A stretch of DNA of 64,000 bases from Podarcis bocagei (GCA_964188305.1 OZ076888.1), one strand, 5' to 3'. Counted from the stretch's first letter, positions 50,878 through 61,440 are shown. Numbers and translations are program-made. Notes: generated from the letters alone by a model not told the origin.

Positions 50878-51426
50878 GTGGCAGCCTTCGGATGGTTGCT
50901 GTTTTCTTCGATCCATCGGACATCTGCATGAGAGGCTGGTGAATTGTCCTCCTCTGCTCCATGGAAGCCTGATGGGAGAGGCTGATTCTCTGCAGCCAGA
51001 AGCTGACCAGAAGAAGCTGACAGCCAAGCCGATGCTCAAGGTATGAGACTTTTAAGGGCTTAAGAGTGTGAATGCAGAATGATTTATTCTCTGCTTCACG
51101 GAGAGCGAGTGTGGGAAAGCAGCTCCAACTTAGAAGAGGCCTGCATACCAGGCATTTTTGTGGTTTCCTGTCCGAGGAAAGGAATGCGCTGTTGCTAAGC
51201 AACGTCCTTCAGAAGGCTGTGCCTCAGAGAGGAGAAATGGAAAGCTACTCGAGAGGGCTGGACAGTCAGACTATGCCTCAGAGAGGCGTAAACAAAGTTT
51301 TGTTATGACTAGGTCCTCACGAACTGCTGGAAGGGACTTTCCAACGCAGCCAGTGTCAGAGTTGCCAGGTGTCCAGAGAGTAAACAAGCCAGCTATTGGA
51401 TTTTAGAGGCTTGTGTTTCAGAGTCA

Positions 51427-54096
51427 ATGCAAGGACTCAAAATGGATGCCAAGAAGGGGGGAGGCTTGCCTTCTCCACCCCTCCTGACCAACAACAATTA
51501 TTCATCTTGGTCTGTAAAGATGAAGGCCCTGCTGCAGAATCAGAGACTGTTTGGGGTGATTGAGAATCCCATCCCAGCAGCACCAACGCGTGCTTGGGAG
51601 TCACAGAATGTGAAGGCTAGGACTGCTATAATTCTGTGTGTCTCAGATGAGCAGCTTGTGCATATACAGCATTTGGAATTTGCGCAAGAGGTTTGGAACG
51701 CGCTGCGTACAACGCATCAGAGAGATGCTGGTTCTTCAGCGTTGCTGTATTTTGAGAAGTTGACCAATCTGAGATTAGCGCCTGATGGAAATGTTCAAGC
51801 GCACCTGACAGAAATGAAGTTCCTGCGTCAACAAATGGTGGAACGCAATTTCCGTCTACAGGAGGAAGTGTTTTGCTTCATGATGATAAACAGCCTGAAC
51901 CGGACCTACAAGGTTGTTGCCAGTCAGCTTGGTTCCCTACCGGCGGCTCAGCAGCTAACCGCGGAAAGGGTGTGTGCTGTGGTCCTGAACGAACACGACA
52001 GACTTGCTGCACTGGAAGTGAAAGACAGAGGGAGGCAAGAACAGAGTTCAAATCTTCCCACTGCTGAATCTACTGGAGAGCATGCCATAGCATTGAGTGC
52101 CGTCCGATGCCACAATTGTGGACAGACTGGGCATCTACAGCGAAATTGTAGGAAGCCGCGACAGTCAAAAGGAGCCAAGAATAGCTCTACGAAGCCTGAG
52201 GCGTCAAGCAAAAGCCGTACCAACTGCCAGGTGAAACCTGCAAAGGTGATGATGGCGAAAGGAACCACGCCAGATGTTGGGAACGCATTTATAATCGATA
52301 CCGGCACCACGAAGCATCTCTGCCCACACAGAGAACTGTTTTCGACGTTGAGGAAGCAAAGCTTCACTGTGAAACAAGCCAACGGTCAAGAACTGGAAGC
52401 GACCGGAATTGGAACTGTGTATCTTGAGAGTCTGAACTTGACTATAAGCGATGTTTACCTGGTTCCAGAACTGAAATTTAGTCTGCTGAGTGCTTCGCAG
52501 ATTGCAAAGAAGGGACTAAAATTGTACTATGATGCTAAAAGATGCAAGATCTACAAAGATGGAGAACTGTTTCTTACTGCCAAAGAGAAAGATGGACTGT
52601 ATTTGTTGACTTTTGATCAAAGTGATTACATGAAATGTAATACTTCTGATTCTAACGAAATTTCTCTTGCAGGTGTGACCAGTGTGAACACCAGGAAGGT
52701 GTCCAAGAAGGTCCACAGAGCTTTTCAGCGGGTGTATGCTGATGTGATTGGTCCTCTAGAACCATCTAGGGGCGGTGCAAAATATTACCTTGTGTGTGTT
52801 GATTGTTACACTAATTATTCTTGGGTTTATATGATGAAGAAACCGCAGGAAACTTTAGAAAAGTTTCAGGAGTTTTGTGACAAGGTTAAAAGTATGCATG
52901 ATGCTAACATTGATTGTCTTTTCACAGATGACAAGCCAGTTTTTCTTTTACAGGATTTCCAGAGGTTCCTGGATGGAAAAGGGATAAGACACAAACTTGC
53001 TAGTTCCGAAGAAGCATGGAAGAAATGTGTCTGTGTTAGGGTGAACAAAGAATTGCAAAAGGGGATGCATGCGCAATTGCTGAGTTCACATTTGCCACAT
53101 GAATATTGGGCCGAATCTCTAGCGTCCTATCTTCACGTGTGGTTGAGAAAAGTCTCAACAGAGTTGGGATGTTCTCCTTTTGAGAAGTTGTTTAATAGAA
53201 AACCTTCTGTTGCCTATTTTAAGGTTTTCGGGTCTCATGTGAGAACAGAAGCTCCAAGTGGGGTAAAGAATGCCAGAGGCATCTTTGTGGGTTATGAAAA
53301 AGGTCTCTATAGAGTAATTTTGTCTGAATCTGATCAGGTGATTCTCACAAAGTTTCTAGAGAGTGCTCCTGAACAGGAGAGAGTGATTGTTCACACTTTT
53401 TCCACAGATGATTCTGATGATGATGAGTTTGATCTTATGGAGTTCAGTGGTACTGATGATGATGACACTGATAGCTCAGACAGCTCAGTTGTCACAGTCA
53501 TTGAGAGGAAATCTCAAATAATGACTAAACCCTCAGAAAAGGAGGATAAACCACTGATAAAGCTTAGTACTGGTTCTCCAGAGAGTTCAGAGGCTGAACC
53601 AGAAAGCAGGGAAGAGCAGCAGCTCTTACGTAGGTCTGAGAGAGCAACAAAGGGTGTACCACCCAAGAGGTATTCAAAGGAGTTTGCTAACCTTGCATAT
53701 GTTGCTGTTGTAAACGATCAAGGACAGATTGAAGCTGTGTCTGAGTCAGAGACAAAGGCACAACAGAGAGTTGTTAACCAAGGAAATGCGAAGTCACACA
53801 ACCAGAGAGGTACATTGGTTAAACCAGTGGCGGGTAGTTCCAAGGGTGGAACTGAAACAACAGGGGAGTGTTATAAGTATAACAACTGTTTGTTTTCTTC
53901 TCTGGATGACGCTTTGCTCGCAGCACGCATTGATACTTTAGGGGGAGTATGTTACCATAAAGCACCAATGCTGCAGCAAGCAAAGGCTCCAGCAGCTCAG
54001 TCAGCTGCTTGTGGCTGGAAAGCCAGACAGGATGTTTGTGACTGTTGCCATGGGAACAAAGGGGCAGTCCAATCCGTACTGAGCACCGGATGTTAG
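51427..54096 (+). CDS. Copia-type Gag-protease-degenerate integrase polyprotein, 889 aa
   Basis: Copia Gag N-terminus (NYSSWSVKMKALL); CCHC knuckle CHNCGQTGHLQRNC (52108); aspartyl protease IIDTGTTKHLC (52297); integrase core VYADVIGP..YYLVCVDCYTNYSWVY; LRRSER..PPKRY motif; stop lies inside the 3' LTR. Confidence 0.9.
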   Translation: MQGLKMDAKKGGGLPSPPLLTNNNYSSWSVKMKALLQNQRLFGVIENPIPAAPTRAWESQNVKARTAIILCVSDEQLVHIQHLEFAQEVWNALRTTHQRDAGSSALLYFEKLTNLRLAPDGNVQAHLTEMKFLRQQMVERNFRLQEEVFCFMMINSLNRTYKVVASQLGSLPAAQQLTAERVCAVVLNEHDRLAALEVKDRGRQEQSSNLPTAESTGEHAIALSAVRCHNCGQTGHLQRNCRKPRQSKGAKNSSTKPEASSKSRTNCQVKPAKVMMAKGTTPDVGNAFIIDTGTTKHLCPHRELFSTLRKQSFTVKQANGQELEATGIGTVYLESLNLTISDVYLVPELKFSLLSASQIAKKGLKLYYDAKRCKIYKDGELFLTAKEKDGLYLLTFDQSDYMKCNTSDSNEISLAGVTSVNTRKVSKKVHRAFQRVYADVIGPLEPSRGGAKYYLVCVDCYTNYSWVYMMKKPQETLEKFQEFCDKVKSMHDANIDCLFTDDKPVFLLQDFQRFLDGKGIRHKLASSEEAWKKCVCVRVNKELQKGMHAQLLSSHLPHEYWAESLASYLHVWLRKVSTELGCSPFEKLFNRKPSVAYFKVFGSHVRTEAPSGVKNARGIFVGYEKGLYRVILSESDQVILTKFLESAPEQERVIVHTFSTDDSDDDEFDLMEFSGTDDDDTDSSDSSVVTVIERKSQIMTKPSEKEDKPLIKLSTGSPESSEAEPESREEQQLLRRSERATKGVPPKRYSKEFANLAYVAVVNDQGQIEAVSESETKAQQRVVNQGNAKSHNQRGTLVKPVAGSSKGGTETTGECYKYNNCLFSSLDDALLAARIDTLGGVCYHKAPMLQQAKAPAAQSAACGWKARQDVCDCCHGNKGAVQSVLSTGC

Positions 54097-54419
54097 CTCA
54101 GTGTGTGTGTCATATGACCCGTACTGGAAGTACATGGGTGGAGTTTCTTCTTGCTGTTGTCGAGTGCAGACGTGTTTCTCTGTACTGATATGAGAGACAG
54201 AAATAAAAGATGTAAATAGTTTTCTGTCTGCTTCTTTCCCCTCCTTGGGGGACACCAAAGGGGAGAGAGGGTGAACGGTGTGTTCCTCTCACACATCTGA
54301 GATGAATCGCCGGGACCTCGCCTGCTTATCAGCAGAGTGGAGACGCGGGGAGGTCGACGGGAATATCTGCCGGTGCCTACGCTGTGGCACATTCCTCTGA
54401 CCCAGGCAGAATTCCAACA
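53950..54419 (+). repeat. 3' LTR (470 bp)
   Basis: Identical by eye to the 5' LTR except the penultimate base (CCAACA); AATAAA at 54202. Confidence 0.95.
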
Positions 54420-54802
54420 ATTCCTGCATTGCAGTATGTTGGACTAGATGATCCTCAGGATCCCTCCCAACTCTACAATTCTATGAGATGCAGTTGCTTG
54501 CTTGCATATTAATGCCATTTATATTCTGCTTTTAGGGCATAGCCCTCACAAGGCAATGTACAACTAAAGAAGATCCAATTAAGATAACATGCAAAGGTAA
54601 CCTCTAATTATGTGGTAATCCCAGAATTACCAGGCTCACCACTTATCTAAATTTCCATAGCCAGGTATGACAGGAGACCAGTTCTCCATGTGGTTACATC
54701 TGCCACACTGTAAATGACAACTGTGCATTAAGTAGTTATTGTTTCCCACTAAAATGAACCTTCATTATCTGCTGCACCAAATTCAGCATTTTTCAGTGTT
54801 TA

Positions 54803-55093
54803 AAAGGGTAAAGGTACCCCTCACTTAAGAGGCCGGGGGCCAGCACTGTCCGCAGACACTTCCGGGTCACATGGCCAGCGTGACAAGCTGCATCTGGCGA
54901 GCCAGCGCAGCACACGGAAACGCCGTTTACCTTCCCGCTAGTAAGCGGTCCCTATTTATCGACTTGCACCCGGGGGTGCTTTCGAACTGCTAGGTTGGCA
55001 GGTGCTGGGACCGAACGACAGGAGCGCACCCCGCCGTGGGGATTCGAACCGCCGACCTGACGATCGGCAAGTCCTAGGCGCTACCCGCGTCCC
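54803..55093 (-). mobile_element. Sauria SINE with internal deletions
   Basis: AAAGGTACCCCT...GGGATTCGAACC...ACCCGCGTCCC; TSD TTTTCAGTGTTTA (54790-54802 and 55094-55106). Confidence 0.88.
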
Positions 55094-55150
55094 TTTTCAG
55101 TGTTTAGTAGGTACTTAATGCTGATCTCTTTCCATACACAGTGTATTTAC

Positions 55151-55177
55151 CTGGTGGTCCTTGAAGTCCTGTGAGAC
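55151..55177 (-). CDS. COL17A1: COL17A1 exon (27 nt)
   Basis: GLTGLQGPP. Confidence 0.9.
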
Positions 55178-55871
55178 CTAGGAAAACAATAGCAAACATT
55201 TGAAGAGGTTCAGAATTTACAACCATGGTCTTTAGTTTCAGCAAGTAAGAACCTGGCCTTTTCAGGTGATTCAACAGCATCCCAAATGGAAGCCACTGCT
55301 GCCTAGTCCTTTTCAGTACTTCTGTGATCAGCCCTTGCCTTTCTTGCACCTACTTGCTTAACTCTTCCTTCATGTGTTTGTCATGTTTAGCCTCGGTACC
55401 TGCAATGTCCTTCTTTTTCATTTTGCTGATATAGAAGTTCTTTACACATCCCCCCCTCTTTTCTGCCACCATAATGGTACAGTTCCCTTTCCTAAGTCTC
55501 TATGCTGAATATGAACCAGCTTGCAAACAGTCTCCTCAGTGAATGATGACTTTGGGCAAAATGAATATACGAATGAATTAAGATTATCCTCCTATCCCAA
55601 AACTACCTCCAGGATTTTCACTTTCCCTCATGGGAACCAAGCTACTTGCTTTCCCCTTCTCAATCTTTTTTGCCTCCCTGCTCCTCTTCCTATGGGGAAC
55701 CTGATGTTCCTTCAAGGCTAAGGCTAAGTCCTGGTGTTCCACCTCTGCTCCTCAATTTGAAGAGAACGTTTCAGTGGCAAAGGGCAGTCTCCACATGAAA
55801 ACAAGAACACCTGCCAGAGGCTGTTCATTTGCTTAACAACCAATAAATGTGTTTGGTTTCACTATTATTAC

Positions 55872-55943
55872 CTGGTTGCCCTGCATCTCCAGGAGGTCCT
55901 GGTGGGCCTCGTGGGCCTGGCAATCCCATAAGACCTTGCTCTC
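55872..55943 (-). CDS. COL17A1: COL17A1 exon (72 nt)
   Basis: GEQGLMGLPGPRGPPGPPGDAGQP. Confidence 0.92.
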
Positions 55944-56329
55944 CTAGGAAATAATGAAGATGTTTGGAGAATTAGTATTTTCATTTTATGCAACAGCAAT
56001 GTTCACTGAAATTCAGAGCTACTCAGACCAATGGAACTGTACTATTATTTCATTTGTTTACTCGTTTTATTTCTGAATTGCTTGCTATGAAACATTAAGG
56101 TGATACACTGATAAAAACAAAACTATAACCAACCAAGTGTGCAATGCTATATTCGAGATCTGCAAGCTAAGTGCCATGGGATTTGGTAGAAGCTCTTGCT
56201 ATGCAAGATATACTACCATCATAAAAAATTATGGTGGTAGAACATTGTAAATCTATGTCCAGACCCATTTGGTGTTTTTTTTTTCATGTTTTTCTCTATA
56301 ATTAAAATAAAAAGAAAGCAACCATCTAC

Positions 56330-56365
56330 CTCTGGAGCCTTGCCGTCCATCTGGTCCTGGTGGAC
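56330..56365 (-). CDS. COL17A1: COL17A1 exon (36 nt)
   Basis: GPPGPDGRQGSR. Confidence 0.9.
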
Positions 56366-57446
56366 CTATACAGACAAAAGAGTTAGTTAGTTATATCATA
56401 GAATCATATATATTTGTTACTTAACACAAAGCCATACAGAGGAAGATAGCTAATTGTTTAAAGTTCAAGTACATTTGGCTGAAGGTATATTTGTATAATG
56501 TACATCATATACTAGTAGCTGCATTCCTCGCAATGTTCAGGAATTGTATGAAATCTGAAAATCAGTGCCATTTTTAAAGTTTCAGCCTACCACCTTGATT
56601 CAAAATGGCATCCAATTATATCCAAACATAGAAGAAAACCTGCTCCTTGACCTCAGGAATGATCATGCAAAATTTTACTATAATATCTTAAGAAGTGTTC
56701 AACTGCATAATGAACAGATGCACAACTTTCAAAAATACATAGTACATAAGTGAACAGGTATTGTGCTGGTGCACAGTGCTTAAAAGTGCCCATGGCACTC
56801 ACCCCAAATTTCTACTGCCGCTTCACTGTGAATAAATCAAGCCAGAACCCCGCAAGTGGTAGCCACAGTTGGTTATTGAATTACTACTTAGGATTTGTTT
56901 GAGGAAAACAAACCACAAACCTGGATTCAGACTGCATGACAAACTAGACTCTGGCTTATTTCAATCCAATGCAGCAGCAGCAGCAGCAAGAGCAGGGGAG
57001 CAGCACCAAGATAACTTTTGAACAGCATACAACAGCACACTGCTCATTCAAATAAACCATGGTTTACTGTGGCATGGTGAACTGGGCCAATATAATCTTA
57101 TCAATGATCAAGTGTACAGAAGACCGGAATACATGTTCATATCCATACTAGCCTTCACTAAGTGGCACAAAGAGATCATTCACACATGACTTAAAACATG
57201 CACATATGCCAGTCACACCTCTTGCATCCCCCAACAGCGAGGAACATAGAATCACGGAATTGTAGAGTTGGAAGGGACCCTACACTGAACTGTGTTAAAA
57301 AAAATGCTTTCTGTCTTTTGAAGGCAGCTAAATTTCAGTCCCTCAGATTGACTTTTATTCTGAATCTTATGATCCAAGAGTCCTAGAGACAGTGGTTTGA
57401 AGTAGATTATCTTCCAGAAAGGTCAATATTAAATATTTTCACTCAC

Positions 57447-57508
57447 CTACTGATCCTTTAGCTCCTGCTTCACCTGGAGGTCCAGGTAGTCCCCGGAACC
57501 TGGTTCAC
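57447..57508 (-). CDS. COL17A1: COL17A1 exon, 62 nt as assembled (1-nt deletion; 63 expected)
   Basis: GEP-GG(missing base)-FRGLPGPPGEAGAKGSV; splice sites intact but frame broken at ~57498-57500. Confidence 0.85.
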
Positions 57509-57960
57509 CTGCAAATCAAACAGGAATGGCTTAGAATGATGTGCACAGTTCTGCTTTAATGGGTTGCTGCTGGTATAAGAACCAAAGAGGTGAACTATGT
57601 AACCGTCTTCAATATCAGATTAAAATACAACATGCAATTCTTGCAGGTGCTTCTCTTGAGATCACGTCAGAGCATCAAGACCTGGGTGAGAACCAGTGGC
57701 CAAGTCTTAGTGCCTGTCATAAGCTCCCAGTCTGAACTGCTTCATCGCTGATGCTCCCAGAAAAAACCTTCCTGATCTTTCAGGTTTTCTACCTTTTGAA
57801 TGGAGGGAGCCCATGGTTCTCCTTAGAACTAGGGGAAAGCCCTTCACTTCCTGCCTGTCCTCAAGGATGACAACCTTCCAGGCACACCTCTTAGTCATCA
57901 TGGGCAAGCATGGATGCTCATGTGATGTCCTTTCAAAATCCTTGATAATTTACTACATAC

Positions 57961-57996
57961 CTGTAAGACCACGGGGTCCTTTTTCCCCTTGATCTC
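57961..57996 (-). CDS. COL17A1: COL17A1 exon (36 nt)
   Basis: GDQGEKGPRGLT. Confidence 0.92.
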
Positions 57997-58167
57997 CTAA
58001 AAGGAAAACACAAAAAGAAAAGTTGATATTATGCAATTAATTCACACTGAAACTTCCCCATCAAAGCAAAAAACATATTAATGGCAAACATATAAGGAAC
58101 ACCCCAGTGACTGGGGAAATAGGAGTCTGATAGCTATTGAGGAATCACATATTATTATCCAACATAC

Positions 58168-58203
58168 CTTTGGTTCCAGGTGCTCCTGGGGTTCCTCTTT
58201 CAC
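58168..58203 (-). CDS. COL17A1: COL17A1 exon (36 nt)
   Basis: GERGTPGAPGTK. Confidence 0.92.
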
Positions 58204-58818
58204 CTAAAAACACACAGACACAATGGAATTGGGGCAAAAAGATTGGATAGTAAAATCATTCATCCATATTGGACTGAAAGGAACAGTTAAGGTAGGACAT
58301 CTGTCAAACTCCTAAGGGAAGATTCTACACACCCCAAATATCTTTAATGCTCAATGTAATCTGGATTAGACTGCCTTGTCTTTATTCATTTTATGAAATC
58401 CACTCTGGGAGCTTTTTTAGGTAAGGAGAGGGGTAAATAAATAAATGATATCCAAAGGCCTTTTCCCAATGATATCCAAATGATATCCAAAGGCCTTTTA
58501 CCAACACATGTCAATTCACTAGCAAATTAAAAAATACACACAGTTTTGAACATGGCACTCTCTCTTTCTCTTCTTTATTTTTCCATGAACACATGCATGC
58601 ACCCACTTTTTAAAACTGTTACCCTCACCATTTAAATTGCTTATATTCTTCATTTTATTATTTAATTTCAGTCAAGAGGTGCTCCCACGTCCTCCTTGGG
58701 ATAGGGATTCAACTATATGCTATAGGTACTTAATAGATAGTGGCAGAAAAGAACCATATATTATTTTCTCTCCTATAATTTGAAACAGATAAGTTGGGCT
58801 CTGGGCGCTGATTCATAC

Positions 58819-58872
58819 CTTTACCACCTGGGATACCAGCTTCACCTCTAAATCCTTGAAGCCCAGGAGGAC
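58819..58872 (-). CDS. COL17A1: COL17A1 exon (54 nt)
   Basis: GPPGLQGFRGEAGIPGGK. Confidence 0.92.
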
Positions 58873-59100
58873 CTAAAAAGAAAAGTAAAATCAGTAAGGG
58901 TCAAGCACATAATATATGAAGTTTCTGAAAAGCAGAAAATTGAGTGGATGACATATTTTATTTGTAGCTCTCTCTTTTCTTTTTTCTTTTGTATAGTTTT
59001 ACTACTTTTCAGCCAGGAGAAGCAATATACCAGATGCTGCCAGTTACAGTACCTGGGTTTACTATATTTTACAACTACATAATGAGAACATGATACTTAC

Positions 59101-59136
59101 CAGGAGGACCATGGGGACCTGGTGAACCCATCATAC
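59101..59136 (-). CDS. COL17A1: COL17A1 exon (36 nt)
   Basis: GMMGSPGPHGPP. Confidence 0.92.
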
Positions 59137-59709
59137 CTAGAAGAGGAAACATTGCAGCTGCTCAGGAATTATGTGATTTAAAGATGAACAAATAGTACAT
59201 TTGCAATCTCATGAACGCAACTTTTTGTAGCACCAAGACAACATGGTTGGCATGAAAAATGCCGGCCTGTATTTCCCCCCATTTAATCTGGATTTACCAT
59301 TTATAGGTAAAGAAACCAGTTGCCAACAGCATGTTTGCAACATCTGAACAACCTGTTTTCAATATTAGATGCATCTAGAAGTACCCTTAGCCTACACTAC
59401 GGTCTAGGATAAAAATAGATTTCTTTTAAAAACACATCAATGACCATACAGAGAATTTGTGTATGTAAATACAACAACAGAGGATAACTAAGAACTACTC
59501 CATTGTATTCTAAAATATACACCCAGTTTATTCTGAATAGCCTCAAATATTTCCTTCATCACAATAAAGCCAAGGGGTAAAAAAGCGAAGTACTATTAAT
59601 GCGTTCAGCCTCACTGTTGCAACTCATGTTTCCTTCATAGATAACTGTTGAGCTTTTTTATTTGTGTGTTTTTTATTTGTTGTTTTTCCTTGCTAGGGAC
59701 TAAATTTAC

Positions 59710-59772
59710 CTTTGAGACCAACAGAACCTGGGGCACCGGGGGGACCTTGAGGTCCTGGTTCGCCAGGAGTAC
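59710..59772 (-). CDS. COL17A1: COL17A1 exon (63 nt)
   Basis: GTPGEPGPQGPPGAPGSVGLK. Confidence 0.92.
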
Positions 59773-60903
59773 CTGCAGAGTAAAATGTGAGAGAAATCCA
59801 TTAAGTAACCTACTGAAGCCTAATTCTTTCTGTCATGTTTCTCCTTGGTTTCATGGCCCTGAACCAAGAAGACCAACTACACAGCACTGACGTTTGTTAT
59901 TATGTTCAGCCTTAGAAGGAAAATGCTTCTCTTCCTGACCCTGTTGATGCCGATGTGGTTGGTGGGGTTGGTTACATAGTCTATGAGGTAGTCAGGTGAC
60001 CCCATTCAGAATATAAGGTTACAGTTAGGTAGTGTTTGGGGGGCAGCAGCTGAGTAGTGTTTTCCAAGCCTCTCTTTCGTCACCTCACCCCTAAACACCA
60101 TGAGCAGAGAGACACATTCTGTAGGAACCAGAGTTCTATGGGCACAGATAAGGTATTGTTTTCCCTGCCACAAAACAAACTCCCATTGTAGTTTCATTGA
60201 ATCCCATTACTCATATGAATGACTAAGGGCTGGTAGCCCCATTTACTTGGCATCTGAGGGGCATGCAGTTATGGTCCCCAGCCCTGTTTGTATCGCTGAT
60301 TAATGAGTAATTAAAGTACAATAGACAGTACATTACTGGGAAACAAACTCATCTCTCAGCCCAACCTTTCTTACATTTATGTCATTCGGAAAAATACCAG
60401 ACTGTTACTGCCTTTTCCACAACAGTATTGCTGCCATTTTATGCAACTGTTGAAACTATCCAAGCATAGCTTATGACACAGTTATTGTCATACCCATGCA
60501 CAATATTAAGGCAGTGTTTTTCAAACTATGGGATTCCTAGGAATTTTATCTGGGTAAGTTCCCCTGAAAGGCAACTTGACCATTACTACAGAACTTCCCC
60601 AGCAATATATAGTAGACACAGGGGTGTCAAGTGTTTTTTGGGGTTGGTGTGGGGCAACAGAGCTCCAAAAGTCCTAGTCATTGCCAAGTATCACATCCTT
60701 TGCAATGCACAGGATTTCCTGTCAGACATTCTTTGGTAGACAAGCTGAAGTAGCAAGTGTAGCTTGAAAGCAGAAGTTTGAAAGCCACTGTCATAAGAAA
60801 AACATCTATTAAGAGGGCCTCCCTTCCCACAATAATTTTGTAATATTCACAGAAGTGATCAACAGTGTTAGGTGGGAAAGCAAGACACAAAAGTATTGTT
60901 TAC

Positions 60904-61008
60904 CTCTGTCACCTTTCTGTCCAAATCCAGGTGGACCAGGCTCTCCACGAGGTCCAGGAGGTCCCTCTCGCCCTCTTTGTCCCATGGGACCCTCCATGCC
61001 AGTTTCAC
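60904..61008 (-). CDS. COL17A1: COL17A1 exon (105 nt)
   Basis: [35 protein letters not shown]. Confidence 0.94.
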
Positions 61009-61386
61009 CTGAGGAGAACCAGTACCTTAGAATCCAGGTCCCAACATATGCCACATCCTACTCAGTTGAGCTAAAAAATTCCCCTGTGTCAGTAGCTGCT
61101 GCCCGCTGCCCCATGTGCTGAGCCATTTCTCTGCAGCTTCTCAGGAAAATATCAGGAACTGCTGGATGCTACCTAATAAGGCAAGCAGTGTCACTGACTT
61201 CTCGGGAAAGAACCTTCCAGACTGACTTGGCCATTGGCTCCTCCTGGGCTGGATGTATAAGAGGGCTTCCTGTCACAGTTGAAGCTTTGCTTGAGCAACA
61301 AGGTCTACCTGAGATCTAGTGTTTCTGGCCCTGCATTCTGGCTTGCACTCTGACTCAAATTGCTCATTATTCTTTGATCTGCTTAC

Positions 61387-61440
61387 CCATGCTGCCTTTC
61401 TGTCCTTTTGGCCCCTCACGCCCAGGGATGCCAGGAATAC
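61387..61440 (-). CDS. COL17A1: COL17A1 exon (54 nt)
   Basis: GIPGIPGREGPKGQKGSM. Confidence 0.92.

Larger units (their letters stand above)
50408..54419 (+). mobile_element. Ty1/copia-derived LTR retrotransposon, non-autonomous (Gag-PR-degenerate IN, no RT/RNase H)
   Basis: TG...CA termini; 5-bp TSD ATTCC (50403-50407 and 54420-54424); two 470-bp LTRs; PPT AGGGGGAGTA before the 3' LTR; PR-IN domain order. Confidence 0.95.

Noticed and set aside
50459-51202. Minus-strand ORFs in the LTR and leader, duplicated at 54001-54392
   Set aside because: The duplication simply reflects LTR identity; no recognisable domains
51427-54096. Domesticated host gene or endogenous retrovirus
   Set aside because: Near-identical LTRs and a TSD show a recent insertion; PR-IN order and motifs are copia-type, and there is no env
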